A stretch of DNA of 64,000 bases from contig JAGYMQ010000143.1 in assembly GCA_018400535.1 (NCBI GenBank), positions 12,227-76,226 of the forward strand. Direction: 5' to 3'. The stretch comes from Candidatus Cloacimonadota bacterium. GTDB taxonomy: Bacteria; Cloacimonadota; Cloacimonadia; Cloacimonadales; TCS61. The number at the start of each line of letters is the position of its first letter. The first letter of the stretch is position 1. A model generated the notes under the pieces. It saw only the letters and a program-made list of their open reading frames with translations. It was not told the origin of the DNA and made no database searches. Position numbers and translations under genes: made by a program. Below are positions 37,859-48,413 of the stretch, in pieces.

Positions 37859-40800
37859 TCATTCAGCCATTTTACGATATTTTTCGTAACGTTTTTTGAC
37901 ATATTCCGCAAATTGCGTGCGGAATCCTTCAACTTTTTCGGGAAACGTTCTTTCTAAAGAAGTATAACGAGTTTCACCTTTCAAGAAATCCTTAACTGAG
38001 ATTTTTGGTTCTTTCGAATCGAGAATTAGTGGATTTTTTCCTTCTTTTTCCAAATCTGGATTATAACGGTATAATATCCAATAGCCAGAATCAACAGCTT
38101 TCTTCTCTTCGATCTGGGTTTCTGCCATATTGAAACCATGATTGATGCAAGGTGCGTAGGCAAGAATGATAGAAGGTCCGTCATAAGCTTCTGCTTCGCG
38201 GATCGCTTTAAGAGCTTGCACTTTGTTTGCGCCCATCGCGATCGCTGCTACATAAATATAGCCATAGGTCATCATCATCATGCCCAGATCTTTTTTGACC
38301 GTTTCTTTTCCTGATTCAGCAAATTTTGCAACTGAACCGAGAGGCGTTGCTTTGGAAGCCTGTCCTCCCGTATTGGAATAGACTTCAGTATCCAGAACTA
38401 AAATATTGACATTTCGGCCAGAAGCCATCACATGATCGACTCCACCATAACCGATATCATAGGCCCAGCCATCTCCACCGAAAGACCAGACAGATTTTTC
38501 GATGAAATAATTCTGTAATTCAATGATTTTGCGTAGGATCATAACATTTTCACCATCTGCCTTTTTCAGTGCATCAGGAAGAACTTTTTTGATCTCTTTG
38601 ACATTTTTCTTTGCTTCTGCATCGATGCTATTCCAATTTTCCAGAGCTTTACGTAAGAGTTCTTCCAATTCTGCTGTTGTTCCATTTGCCAGTATTTTTT
38701 CCACGTTATTGTGCAATTGTCTGCGATTGGCTTCAACTGCCAGTCTCATACCAAAACCATATTCGGCATTATCTTCAAAAAGTGAATTTGCCCAGGTTGG
38801 TCCTTCACCATCTTTATTTTTGCAATAAGGAATTGTGGGAAATGTGCCGCCCCAGATAGAAGAGCATCCTGTTGCATTCGCCACGATCATACGATCACCA
38901 AAAAGCTGTGTGATCAGCTTAACATACGGCGTTTCACCGCAGCCAGCGCAAGCACCAGAAAATTCTAACAAAGGTTGTTTAAACTGGCTGCCTTTGACCG
39001 TAGATTCTTTATTTGAACCTAAAACATCTGTAGGTAAAGAATCAAAGAATTCAGCATTTTTGGATTCACCTTTTTCTCTTTCTTCCTGAATTGGACGCAT
39101 TTCAAGCGCGTCTTTGGGACATTCCAAAACACAATTTTTGCAACCCTGACAATCTTCAGGATAGACCTGCATTGTATATAAATATTCGTCTTTATCTTTC
39201 CCCATAGCAGTAAGATAGCGGAAAGTATCTGGAGCATTCTGCAAATCTTCTTTTGTAAAAAGTTTTGGTCGGATCGCAGCATGAGGACAAACAAGAGAAC
39301 ATTGATTACACTGAATACATTTTTCGCTATTCCAATGCGGAACAAAAGGCGCGACACCACGTTTTTCCAATTTCGTGGTTCCAGAAGGCACGAAACCATC
39401 AAAAGGCATCTGTGAAACTGGGATTTCATCTCCTTTTTCACGCATAATCTTTTCGATCACGTTTCTGGTGAACTCATCGCTTTCATCTGGTACTAACTTT
39501 TTCATTTGAGTGTGTTTGGAAGGAAGTTCAGCTGGAACTTTGATCTCTATCAGAGCTTCATTTGTCCGATCAACAGCTTGCCAGTTCATTTCGACTACAT
39601 CTTTTCCTTTTTTAGCAAAGGATTTTTCGATCGCATTTTTGATCATTTTGATCGCTTCTTCTCTTTCCAGAACGCCGGAAATCAAGAAGAATGCTGTTTG
39701 CATCACGGTGTTGATGCGAGTTCCTAAACCTACTTCGTTTGCAATCTTGAGAGCATTAATATTATACAATTTTATCTTTTTTTCTATGATCGTTTTCTGC
39801 ATATCTTCGGTTAAATTTTCGAAAACTTCGTTCTGATCCCAAATGGAATTGAGTAGGAAAACTCCATTTTCTTTGATTCCTTCCAAAATATCATATCTAC
39901 CGATGAAGGCTTGATTGTGGCAACCCACAAAATCTGGATTGATCACAAGATATTCAGACTGGATCGGTTTTTTACCAAATCGGAGATGAGAACGTGTGAT
40001 CCCGCCTGATTTTTTGGAATCATATTGGAAATAACCTTGGGCATACATTTCGGTGTTATCACCGATGATCTTGATCGAATTTTTATTCGCTCCGACAGTT
40101 CCATCCGAGCCCAATCCCCAGAATTTGCAACTGATCGTTCCTTCAGGGATCGTATTAATGTTATCTTTGATCTCAAGCGAAGTATTTGTTACATCATCTT
40201 TGATGCCAACTGTGAAATTATGGAAACATTTTCCATCCAGATGATCATAAACTGATTTGACCATTGAAGGGGTAAATTCTTTGGAAGAAAGGCCATATCT
40301 TCCGCCCACGATCGTGATGTCTTTTTTATCCTTCAAAGCAGCAACGACATCCAGATATAAAGGTTCGCCAATTGCACCGTTTTCTTTGGTACGGTCAAGA
40401 ACTGCGATCTTTTTCACTGATTCTGGAATTGCGTCAATGAAAGCTTTCACAGAGAAAGGACGATATAAACGAACTTTGATCATACCAACTTTCTCACCTT
40501 GTGCGACGAGGTGATCGACCGTTTCTTCGATCGTCTCAATTCCGCTACCCATCGCTATGATTATCTTTTCAGCATCAGACGCACCAACATAATCGAAGAG
40601 ATGATATTGTCTGCCAATGACTTTCGCCAGTTTGTCCATATATTCTTGAACAATACCCGGCGTTTCTTCATAATATTTATTCACCGTTTCACGTCCCTGA
40701 AAATAGACATCAGGATTTTGAGCACCGACTTTCACCTGCGGGCGTTCAGGATTCATCGAGCGGGAACGAAAATCTTCCACATATTCCATTTCCACCATAT

Positions 40801-41380
40801 CCTTCATAGTGTTATAGTCGATCACTTCGATCTTTTGTATTTCGTGAGAATTGCGGAAACCATCAAAGAAATTCAGAAAGGGAACTTTTGATTTGAGCGT
40901 GGCAAGATGGGAAACAATTCCCAGATCCATGATTTCTTGTATCGAGCCGACCGCCATCAACGCAAAGCCAGTATTACGAGTGGACATCACGTCTGAATGA
41001 TCTCCGAAGATAGAAAGCGATTGTACAGCAAGAGAACGTGCTGAAACGTGAAAAACGGTTGGCAGCATTTCACCAGCGATCTTGTGCATATTTGGAAGCA
41101 TCAGCATCAAGCCTTGGGAAGCTGTGAAAGTTGTCGTGAACGCACCGCCGGAAAGCGATCCATGAACCGCCCCCGAAGCACCTGCTTCCGACTGCATTTC
41201 GATCACATCAACCGTTTCGTCAAAAATATTTTTTCTCTTATTTGCCGCCCAGGCATCTGCCAATTGACCCATTGGAGATGATGGCGTGATGGGATATATC
41301 GCAGCGACTTCACTAAAAGCATAAGCAACGTGTGCCGCTGCAGTGTTACCGTCTAACGTAGCCTTTTTGAATTTTTTCAT
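37859..41380 (-). CDS. nifJ: Pyruvate:ferredoxin (flavodoxin) oxidoreductase, single-polypeptide type
   Basis: ~1174 aa. Two ferredoxin-type clusters, CIQCNQCSLVCPHAAIRP and CQGCKNCVLECP. TPP-binding GGDGWAYDIGYGG. The ATG at 41380 lies 5 nt after AGAGGA. Confidence 0.95.
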   Translation of the reverse strand: MKKFKKATLDGNTAAAHVAYAFSEVAAIYPITPSSPMGQLADAWAANKRKNIFDETVDVIEMQSEAGASGAVHGSLSGGAFTTTFTASQGLMLMLPNMHKIAGEMLPTVFHVSARSLAVQSLSIFGDHSDVMSTRNTGFALMAVGSIQEIMDLGIVSHLATLKSKVPFLNFFDGFRNSHEIQKIEVIDYNTMKDMVEMEYVEDFRSRSMNPERPQVKVGAQNPDVYFQGRETVNKYYEETPGIVQEYMDKLAKVIGRQYHLFDYVGASDAEKIIIAMGSGIETIEETVDHLVAQGEKVGMIKVRLYRPFSVKAFIDAIPESVKKIAVLDRTKENGAIGEPLYLDVVAALKDKKDITIVGGRYGLSSKEFTPSMVKSVYDHLDGKCFHNFTVGIKDDVTNTSLEIKDNINTIPEGTISCKFWGLGSDGTVGANKNSIKIIGDNTEMYAQGYFQYDSKKSGGITRSHLRFGKKPIQSEYLVINPDFVGCHNQAFIGRYDILEGIKENGVFLLNSIWDQNEVFENLTEDMQKTIIEKKIKLYNINALKIANEVGLGTRINTVMQTAFFLISGVLEREEAIKMIKNAIEKSFAKKGKDVVEMNWQAVDRTNEALIEIKVPAELPSKHTQMKKLVPDESDEFTRNVIEKIMREKGDEIPVSQMPFDGFVPSGTTKLEKRGVAPFVPHWNSEKCIQCNQCSLVCPHAAIRPKLFTKEDLQNAPDTFRYLTAMGKDKDEYLYTMQVYPEDCQGCKNCVLECPKDALEMRPIQEEREKGESKNAEFFDSLPTDVLGSNKESTVKGSQFKQPLLEFSGACAGCGETPYVKLITQLFGDRMIVANATGCSSIWGGTFPTIPYCKNKDGEGPTWANSLFEDNAEYGFGMRLAVEANRRQLHNNVEKILANGTTAELEELLRKALENWNSIDAEAKKNVKEIKKVLPDALKKADGENVMILRKIIELQNYFIEKSVWSFGGDGWAYDIGYGGVDHVMASGRNVNILVLDTEVYSNTGGQASKATPLGSVAKFAESGKETVKKDLGMMMMTYGYIYVAAIAMGANKVQALKAIREAEAYDGPSIILAYAPCINHGFNMAETQIEEKKAVDSGYWILYRYNPDLEKEGKNPLILDSKEPKISVKDFLKGETRYTSLERTFPEKVEGFRTQFAEYVKKRYEKYRKMAE

Positions 41381-41446
41381 AATCATCCTCTTTTTTATTT
41401 TTTGGCATCTTTATTTGGATAACATTGTCGTCAACAATAAAAATTT

Positions 41447-42418
41447 TCACTCATCAATATTTTTTCGTTTTTTGAGCATTTCACTTATAGAAGTTTCTGG
41501 AGAAGAAAATTTCAGATTACGAAATTGTCCGAACATAAAATCTTTCTTAACAATTTTCTTTTTAAATTCTTCAATTTCATCTAATATCTCGATTTTTTCT
41601 GCATCATCAACAAGAGTAAATAGCTCATCCAAAAAAAACCAGGATAAGAGTGGATTTTCTTCTGAAAAAGTTTCTGCCAGTGCTTGCAGGATTTCTTTTT
41701 TTTTGGAATGCTGTGGAAAATCCCGATATAGTTCGATGAGCGTTTTTCTCGCGATATCTTTTTTGCCTGCTGAGGAGCTTGCCAAATAATAATAATATAG
41801 CATATTCCCCGTTTGTAGCGTATCGCCATTGATGATCGAATTTTCCAAAGTTCTCATGGCTATTTCATATCTTTTTTGAAAGATTTGATTCTTGGCAATT
41901 TTCAGCTGAAAAAAAGTCGTATCTGCAGAGATTTTTTCATTCATTATCGTTTTATAGACATCATTTGCTTCGCCGAAAAGTTGATTTTGCTCATATAATT
42001 CTGCTAGGATCAACAAAAAAATTTTATATTTTTTTCTGTCTTTAACTTTCTCGATCAAATTTGTGTGGAGCTCAATCGCCTGCATAGCAGGAAGTTGAAG
42101 TAATAACTCACGCAATTTTTCCGAAAGGATTTTCAAAAATTTTTGATTTTCAGCGAGGATCAAAGCCTGTCCGTAATTTTCTACAGCTTCCTTTTTTCTT
42201 CCACTTTTTTCCAAAGCTATCGCTTTCCAATAGTAAAGTGAATCTATCACAGCTTCTTTTTGTAAAGCAGAATCAGCATAGCTATTTGCCAGCTGAAATT
42301 TTTCAGCCTTGAGATAAAATTTGATCAATTCAGAATGATATGTATCTGAAGAAATTTCAGCAGCTTGCAACAGACTGAAGAAAAATGGGATCAATAAACA
42401 GAAATTAATTTTTTTCAT
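41447..42418 (-). CDS. Secreted TPR-like helical-repeat protein
   Basis: Signal peptide MKKINFCLLIPFFFSLLQA. Helical repeats with A/Y/L periodicity. The ATG at 42418 overlaps the upstream activase gene by 14 nt. Confidence 0.55.
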   Translation of the reverse strand: MKKINFCLLIPFFFSLLQAAEISSDTYHSELIKFYLKAEKFQLANSYADSALQKEAVIDSLYYWKAIALEKSGRKKEAVENYGQALILAENQKFLKILSEKLRELLLQLPAMQAIELHTNLIEKVKDRKKYKIFLLILAELYEQNQLFGEANDVYKTIMNEKISADTTFFQLKIAKNQIFQKRYEIAMRTLENSIINGDTLQTGNMLYYYYLASSSAGKKDIARKTLIELYRDFPQHSKKKEILQALAETFSEENPLLSWFFLDELFTLVDDAEKIEILDEIEEFKKKIVKKDFMFGQFRNLKFSSPETSISEMLKKRKNIDE

Positions 42419-43184
42419 AAGCAAAGATCGCTGCTCCCAAAGCTCCAGTAATAAAAGGATCGCTCGGAATATTTACACCACAACCCAAAGTTTCTATCAA
42501 CGCTTTTTTCATACCAGAATTTTTTGCTACTCCACCGGTGAAAATTACTGGTTCTTTCCAGTTTAATCGAGCTACCATATTTTTGATGCGACGGGCAATG
42601 GAAAAGTGCACAGCTTTCACGATATCAGCTTTTTGCACGCCCTCAGCGATGAGCCCGATCATCTCTGATTCTGCGAAAACAACGCAAGTGCTGTTGATCT
42701 TTATATTATTCTTGGAAATAGCTGCCAGCTCGCCCAATTCAGTAACTGAAGTTTCCAACGTGTTAGCTGCAACTTCCAAAAATTTTCCTGTTCCTGCTGC
42801 ACATCTGTCATTCATCATAAAATCTTTTACTTTTCCTTTTTTGTCCAAAATTATCACTTTTGAATCTTGACCACCGATATCGATCACAGTTCTTGCTTCA
42901 GGGAAAAAATAATTAACCCCTCTGGCGTGACAAGAAATTTCCGAGATCTTATTTTGAGAAAATTTTACGATATTCCTACCATATCCAGTCGTGATGATGC
43001 GCGCAATATCACTCTCGACTATCTTCAATTTCTCACACATTTTTTCTTTCAATTCTATCGCTGTCCGATCTGGTTTCACGCCAGTATATTTTTGATCTGA
43101 AAATATTATTTTTTTCTCTTGGAAAGCGATTATTTTGGAGGTGCGTGAACCAATATCCAATCCTACAAAAATTTTTTCTTTCAT
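42405..43184 (-). CDS. BadF/BadG/BcrA/BcrD-type ATPase (2-hydroxyacyl-CoA dehydratase activase, HgdC-like)
   Basis: ASKHA motifs GLDIGSRTSK and DIGGQDSKVI. Cluster-bridging region MNDRCAAGTGKFLE. ~259 aa. Confidence 0.85.
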   Translation of the reverse strand: MKEKIFVGLDIGSRTSKIIAFQEKKIIFSDQKYTGVKPDRTAIELKEKMCEKLKIVESDIARIITTGYGRNIVKFSQNKISEISCHARGVNYFFPEARTVIDIGGQDSKVIILDKKGKVKDFMMNDRCAAGTGKFLEVAANTLETSVTELGELAAISKNNIKINSTCVVFAESEMIGLIAEGVQKADIVKAVHFSIARRIKNMVARLNWKEPVIFTGGVAKNSGMKKALIETLGCGVNIPSDPFITGALGAAIFAYEKN

Positions 43185-43924
43185 CAGTTTTTATTCAACC
43201 AGCAGTCGATTAATTTGGGAAGAAACAAGCCTGCTTTTCCTTGATGAAATTCATCGATCAAAGAACTATTCAGCGGTTTTTCCAGATTTATTCCAATAGT
43301 CTTTGCTGCATTAAGTCTTGCGATCTGAACGAATTGTGCAGCTGGGTAAACATAGCCGCTTGTTCCAATCATCAAAAAATAATTTGTATGACGCAGCCGC
43401 AAAGTAATCTCATCCATGTGATGCGGGATTTCGCCGAACCACACGATATCTGGACGTAAATCTCCTTTACAAACTGGACAACTTGGAACTTTCTTCATCA
43501 AATTGATCTCTGACATCAAAAATTTTTGCTGACAGGAAAGGCAAAAACATTTTTGCAGAGAACCGTGCATTTCGATTAGATTTTTATTTCCAGCTTTGGA
43601 ATGCAAGCCATCGACGTTCTGTGTGATCAAAGTGAAATTATCACCCAGAAATTTTTCCAAATCCACCAAGGCAAAATGAGCTGGATTCGGTTTCACATCT
43701 GCCAGCTGCAAATATCTCTGTCGATAAAAACGCCAAACGAGAGCTGCATCTTTTTCAAAAGCCTCTGGCGTAGCCACTTCTTCCACTTGGTGTGTTTCCC
43801 ACAATCCACCGTTATCACGAAAAGTTTTCAAGCCAGATTCAGCACTGATGCCAGCTCCTGTCAAAACGGTTACTCTATCTTTTTTCTGGAATTTAAACTT
43901 TGTTTTTATCTTTGCATTCATCAT
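43184..43924 (-). CDS. cobB: NAD-dependent protein deacylase (sirtuin, CobB-like)
   Basis: GAGISAESGLKTFRD, QNVDGLH and catalytic HG motifs. Zn ribbon CLSC...CPVC. Confidence 0.9.
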   Translation of the reverse strand: MMNAKIKTKFKFQKKDRVTVLTGAGISAESGLKTFRDNGGLWETHQVEEVATPEAFEKDAALVWRFYRQRYLQLADVKPNPAHFALVDLEKFLGDNFTLITQNVDGLHSKAGNKNLIEMHGSLQKCFCLSCQQKFLMSEINLMKKVPSCPVCKGDLRPDIVWFGEIPHHMDEITLRLRHTNYFLMIGTSGYVYPAAQFVQIARLNAAKTIGINLEKPLNSSLIDEFHQGKAGLFLPKLIDCWLNKN

Positions 43925-46449
43925 GTTAAAATGTATAAATAAAAATTTTCTTTCACAAAATATTTTTTTGCTAATTGGTGCAGATCATTTTTTGTTACTC
44001 TCTGCAAACGCTTTTCCCTTTCGCGATAAAATTCAAGATCCAAGTCGATAGATGCCAAAGTTGCCAGCAACTGCGCTTGATTTGCCACACTTTCTTCCGA
44101 CAATAATCTTTGTCCGCGAATATAATTTTTTGCTGTTTGCAATTCTCTTTCTGAAATGCCATTCACCTTGATATTATCCAGGATCGAATAAATCAGATCG
44201 ATTGTTTTACGTTGATTTTTTTTATCCACCACAACCTGAATATTCCAATATCCAAGTTCTGAAATGGAGATAAAATCGAAACTCACAGAATAGGCCAATC
44301 CTCGTTTTTCCCTTAACTCATTGAATAAAATGGAATTTGTATCTCCGCCGATGATCTGCGCCAAAACGTGAAATGCGGTATTTTTGGAAAAATCTTTTAA
44401 CTTACAGCCAAAACCACCCAATATCAAGTTCGATTGATTGGATGAGAGATTCTTGATCTGGCGGGATTTTTTTGTGGTTTGGATGATAGGTAGAGGTTTC
44501 AGTTCTGATTTTTTTTGTGAAAAATTGGCAAAGTATTTTTCCAAAAGAAAAATCGTGCGATCAAAATTTATATCGCCCACAATTGAAATTGCCAAATTCT
44601 GTTGTAAAAAGTATTTTTGATGCCAGTCTTTCAGCTGTTTAAGGGTCAATTTGGAAAGTGTGCTTTTTCGTCCAGATTTACTGATGAAATTGCTATTTTT
44701 CCCAAAGAGCATTTTTTTCCAATTTGAATAGGCAAGATGTTCAGGATAGTCCTGCATTCGGTCAAGATTACTTTTGAAAGATTGCACAATATTTTCAAAA
44801 TGATCAGCAGGAAAAGTGGGTGTGGAAATCACGTCAGAAAGTAATTCCAGACTTGTTTGTAACGAATCATTGAAACATTTAAGATTGAAGTTCGTCGTTT
44901 CCAGAGCTGGATCAATTCCCAGTTTGATCCCATTTTCTATACAAAAATTCCGCAGCTGTTGATAATTTCTTCGGACGTTGCCATACATCAACATTGTCGA
45001 AGTGACCAGATTGATCCCCAGATTTTTTTCAGCTTCGTGAAGCTGAGATGAATTGAAGGCGATGGAAATTCCAGTTATCGGTTTATTTTTCACCTTTTTC
45101 AAAATCACTCTCGAGCCATCAGATAAAGTTGTTTCATAAATATTTTTTGTGATGGCAATTGCAGGTGCAAATTTTCTTTTTTCCTCAATTTTCTGCAGCA
45201 AATTTTCTATTGGAAAATCCTTATTCCCCAGATGATCTATATGAAGATGGCGCATTTTGAAATATTTTTTGATCGTGGAATTCAATTCCTGCAAAGTTAA
45301 TTGTTTTATCTTGTTGGGATATTTTTGAAATTCTTCATAACCGATCGCCAATTCTTCCGTTCCCAAACTCGAAGCGAGCGATTCAAGATATTCGTATGAA
45401 TAAAGATAATAATGTAAAAGATCAGTTTTGTGTTCATTCATTTCGTTTTGATCGAGACCATGAACGACAAATTGTTCCAGTTCTTCCAAGAAAATTTTCG
45501 TGATCAATTTTAGGTCAGCATTATTTTTTGGATAAACGAAAATCGTTGTCGCACCGTCATTTACGCCACTGATTGAATTCACTTTGATGCCGTCAATCAA
45601 TTTTTCTTTGATGAATAATCTGTCATGCAAGCGTGAATTTTTGCCTGTTGCAAAAACTTTGGTGACAAAAGATAGAGGATAAGCTTCTGGTTCGCAGTCA
45701 GATAGATCAGGAAGAATAAAGGCAAGTATATCGTTTTTCACTTTTTTGGGATAGGAAGTGATCGCTGATCTTTGGGGAAAATCTTTCAACGTTCTTTTGA
45801 ACTCCAATTTCTTTCCTTTTTGCCAATCTCCAAAAAAACGTGTAGTCAATTTTATCAATTCATCTTGTTGAAAATCGCCAGTAGCGACCAAAAAAGCATT
45901 TTGGGGAATGTAATATTTTTGATAGAAATTTTGCAATTCTTGATATGTTGCATTTTTCAAAGAATCTAAGTTTCCAATTATCGGATATTTATAAGGATTT
46001 TTTTGGAAATAATGGCTCACGATCTCTTCCAAAAAATTATCTTCTGGATTGTTTTGATATTCTTTCAATTCTTCGATCACAACTTGCTTCTCAAATTGAA
46101 ACTCTTCTTCTGAATAATTGGAAAAACGGCTCAATTCTGCTAAATATTCCAGACCTTCAGCCAGAAATTTTGAAGGAAGACACACATAAAAACAAGTGGA
46201 ATCGTATTCCGTGTAGGCATTGAAATATCCACCTAAATTTGTGATATATTCCATGATGGAATTTTCGGGAAATTTTTTAGTAGATTTAAAAACTAAATGT
46301 TCAGTAAAATGAGAATAACCAGCTTCATTGCGTTTTTCCCAAGCTGAGCCAATTCTAAAGTATAATTGCAAACATATCAAAGGATAAGAATTATCGATAG
46401 CAGAAATTACTTTAAATTCGTTCTCTAATTGCTTTGATTTTAAGTTCAT
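43921..46449 (-). CDS. M16-family (insulinase/pitrilysin-like) zinc peptidase, double-module 842 aa
   Basis: Inverted zinc motif HFTEH near the N-terminus. Two tandem M16 active/inactive domain pairs are inferred from the length. Confidence 0.85.
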   Translation of the reverse strand: MNLKSKQLENEFKVISAIDNSYPLICLQLYFRIGSAWEKRNEAGYSHFTEHLVFKSTKKFPENSIMEYITNLGGYFNAYTEYDSTCFYVCLPSKFLAEGLEYLAELSRFSNYSEEEFQFEKQVVIEELKEYQNNPEDNFLEEIVSHYFQKNPYKYPIIGNLDSLKNATYQELQNFYQKYYIPQNAFLVATGDFQQDELIKLTTRFFGDWQKGKKLEFKRTLKDFPQRSAITSYPKKVKNDILAFILPDLSDCEPEAYPLSFVTKVFATGKNSRLHDRLFIKEKLIDGIKVNSISGVNDGATTIFVYPKNNADLKLITKIFLEELEQFVVHGLDQNEMNEHKTDLLHYYLYSYEYLESLASSLGTEELAIGYEEFQKYPNKIKQLTLQELNSTIKKYFKMRHLHIDHLGNKDFPIENLLQKIEEKRKFAPAIAITKNIYETTLSDGSRVILKKVKNKPITGISIAFNSSQLHEAEKNLGINLVTSTMLMYGNVRRNYQQLRNFCIENGIKLGIDPALETTNFNLKCFNDSLQTSLELLSDVISTPTFPADHFENIVQSFKSNLDRMQDYPEHLAYSNWKKMLFGKNSNFISKSGRKSTLSKLTLKQLKDWHQKYFLQQNLAISIVGDINFDRTIFLLEKYFANFSQKKSELKPLPIIQTTKKSRQIKNLSSNQSNLILGGFGCKLKDFSKNTAFHVLAQIIGGDTNSILFNELREKRGLAYSVSFDFISISELGYWNIQVVVDKKNQRKTIDLIYSILDNIKVNGISERELQTAKNYIRGQRLLSEESVANQAQLLATLASIDLDLEFYREREKRLQRVTKNDLHQLAKKYFVKENFYLYILT

Positions 46450-47228
46450 TAAACATCCTTTTCTACGCAGGCGTAAGCATTATGTGCATGAATCGATTCC
46501 ATATTCTCCGATTCCACTTTGAACCAGCTGATGCGCTTGTCATCTTGGAGTCTCACAGTCACTTCCCGCACGATATCTTCGACAAATCGAGGATTATCAA
46601 AAGCTTTTTCTGTCACGAATTTTTCGTCCACGCGTTTCAGAAGAGGAAAGACGTCACAGCTGGCAGATCTTTCGATCACTTCGATGATTTCTTCCAACCA
46701 GATGAATTCTCGCAAACTCAATTTCACAGTTACCAACGATCTTTGATTGTGAGCTCCTTTCTCGCTGATCTCTTTTGAACAGGGACAAAGCGTCGTGACA
46801 GGGACGATCACGCCGATGACAAGCTCATATTTTTCTCGCAGACTTGCCTCAAAAATGCAATCATAGGAAAGCAGAGATTCTGTTCTGGAAACAGGCGCAG
46901 CTTTTTTCATAAAATAGGGGAAATTCATTTTTATATAGGAAGCATCAGCATTGAGTGCATTTTTTACTTCTTTCAAGAAAGATTCCAGATTTTCGATGAT
47001 ATTATCTTTATGGAATTTGTTCAGGACTTCCAAGAAACGGCTCATGTGCGTGCCGCGATGATCATGTGGAAGTTCCACAAAAATATCAAGATTTGCCACT
47101 GTATTTTGGCTGCCGACGGTTCTATCCTGGACGATTATCGGATAGCGGACGTTTTTCACACCAACCTTGTTTATCAGCACATTTCTCCTGTCTTTCATGT
47201 TTTGAATATCTTTTTTATCATTCAACAT
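46449..47228 (-). CDS. folE2: GTP cyclohydrolase I type 2 (FolE2/MptA family)
   Basis: GTHMSRF motif, LCPCSKEIS metal-binding motif, C-terminal ESIHAHNAYA. Confidence 0.85.
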   Translation of the reverse strand: MLNDKKDIQNMKDRRNVLINKVGVKNVRYPIIVQDRTVGSQNTVANLDIFVELPHDHRGTHMSRFLEVLNKFHKDNIIENLESFLKEVKNALNADASYIKMNFPYFMKKAAPVSRTESLLSYDCIFEASLREKYELVIGVIVPVTTLCPCSKEISEKGAHNQRSLVTVKLSLREFIWLEEIIEVIERSASCDVFPLLKRVDEKFVTEKAFDNPRFVEDIVREVTVRLQDDKRISWFKVESENMESIHAHNAYACVEKDV

Positions 47229-47236
47229 TTTTCCCT

Positions 47237-48247
47237 CTAATTCATTTTTCTGATATCAGTCGCATCCCAGCTTAGAATATATTTTTCAAAATTTGCTGAC
47301 AATTTTGCTTGCAATTGTTCATCATTTTCAAACAATACAAGCGCTTCGATTTCATTGATCTGGTCAGCCAGGCTGATCGCTTTTTCCGGTGACAAGAGAA
47401 AAAGCGCTGTCGAATAAGCATCAGCAATGATCGTCGAATCAGCGATAACCGTCACCGCAATATTTTTTGTGGCAGGAAATCCAGTTTTGGGATTCAAAAT
47501 ATGATGATAACGTTTTCCTTGATAAGAGAAAAAACGTTCGTAATCACCGGAAGTAACGATTGCTTTATTTTTTATCTGCAAGGTTGCGACTAACTGATCT
47601 TTCGCTCGCGGATGTTGAATTCCGATCTCCAGATCTTTTTTGTGACCAAATATTCGCATATCACCGCCAGCATTGATATAACCAGAATTTGCTTCCATAG
47701 TTTTCAATTCATCCACAGCGCAATCTACAATGTAGCCTTTGACCAGACTACCCAGATTCAATTTGAGATCTTCTGGTTTGAGAACAGAATTTTGCGAAAA
47801 CTCCAACTTATCAAAGCCGATATTTTGGAGTGCAATTTTGATCGAATTTTCCGAAGGAACTTTATCCTCATTCCAGATATCGGTCAAACTTCCGATCGTC
47901 ACATCATAAAGCGAATCCGTTTGTACAAAAATTTGTTTGCTGAGAGCAAAGATCTCCTGATAATCATCATCCAGATCAATCTGAGGAATTTCATTACGGT
48001 TGAATTTTGCGATTTCACTTTTTTCATCATAATAGGAAAATTTTTTTTCTAAATTTTCGATAAGCGAAAAGGTGCTATCGATAGCTGTTTGCACTTTTTC
48101 ATTCTGCCCGTTTGCTTTGATCTCGATCAAAGTATCCAGCAAAAATTTAGCATCTTTAATCGTGTGAATTTTATGAGAATATTTGTAATATGCCAAAGCA
48201 AAGATCAGCAAGAAGATGATAATATTAACAATGTCTAATCTTTTCAT
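47237..48247 (-). CDS. apbE: FAD:protein FMN transferase (ApbE family), membrane or secreted
   Basis: N-terminal hydrophobic anchor. ApbE motifs DVTIGSL, GYIVD, INAGGDMR, HHILNPKTG. Confidence 0.85.
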   Translation of the reverse strand: MKRLDIVNIIIFLLIFALAYYKYSHKIHTIKDAKFLLDTLIEIKANGQNEKVQTAIDSTFSLIENLEKKFSYYDEKSEIAKFNRNEIPQIDLDDDYQEIFALSKQIFVQTDSLYDVTIGSLTDIWNEDKVPSENSIKIALQNIGFDKLEFSQNSVLKPEDLKLNLGSLVKGYIVDCAVDELKTMEANSGYINAGGDMRIFGHKKDLEIGIQHPRAKDQLVATLQIKNKAIVTSGDYERFFSYQGKRYHHILNPKTGFPATKNIAVTVIADSTIIADAYSTALFLLSPEKAISLADQINEIEALVLFENDEQLQAKLSANFEKYILSWDATDIRKMN

Positions 48248-48413
48248 CAGATTCCTTTATGAAATTTTTGTCAGAAAATTTATCGAGCTGATTTTGTCAA
48301 TTTTCAGGAATATTTTACTATTTGTCCAAAATCAGTTCAATCCCAATTTTTTTGAAAAAGATGAGTTCATTGAATTTGGTTATTTTCTTGATCTTGCTCC
48401 TTCTTTCCAAAAA

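Noticed and set aside
43184-43924. The Sir2-domain protein considered as a possible anti-phage defence effector (Thoeris/DSR/SIR2-HerA-like).
   Set aside because: It is a short canonical sirtuin with the GAGISAESG, QNVDGLH and catalytic HG motifs plus the CxxC...CxxC zinc ribbon. It has no fused sensor, TIR, SLOG, helicase or pAgo partner, so it fits the CobB deacylase.
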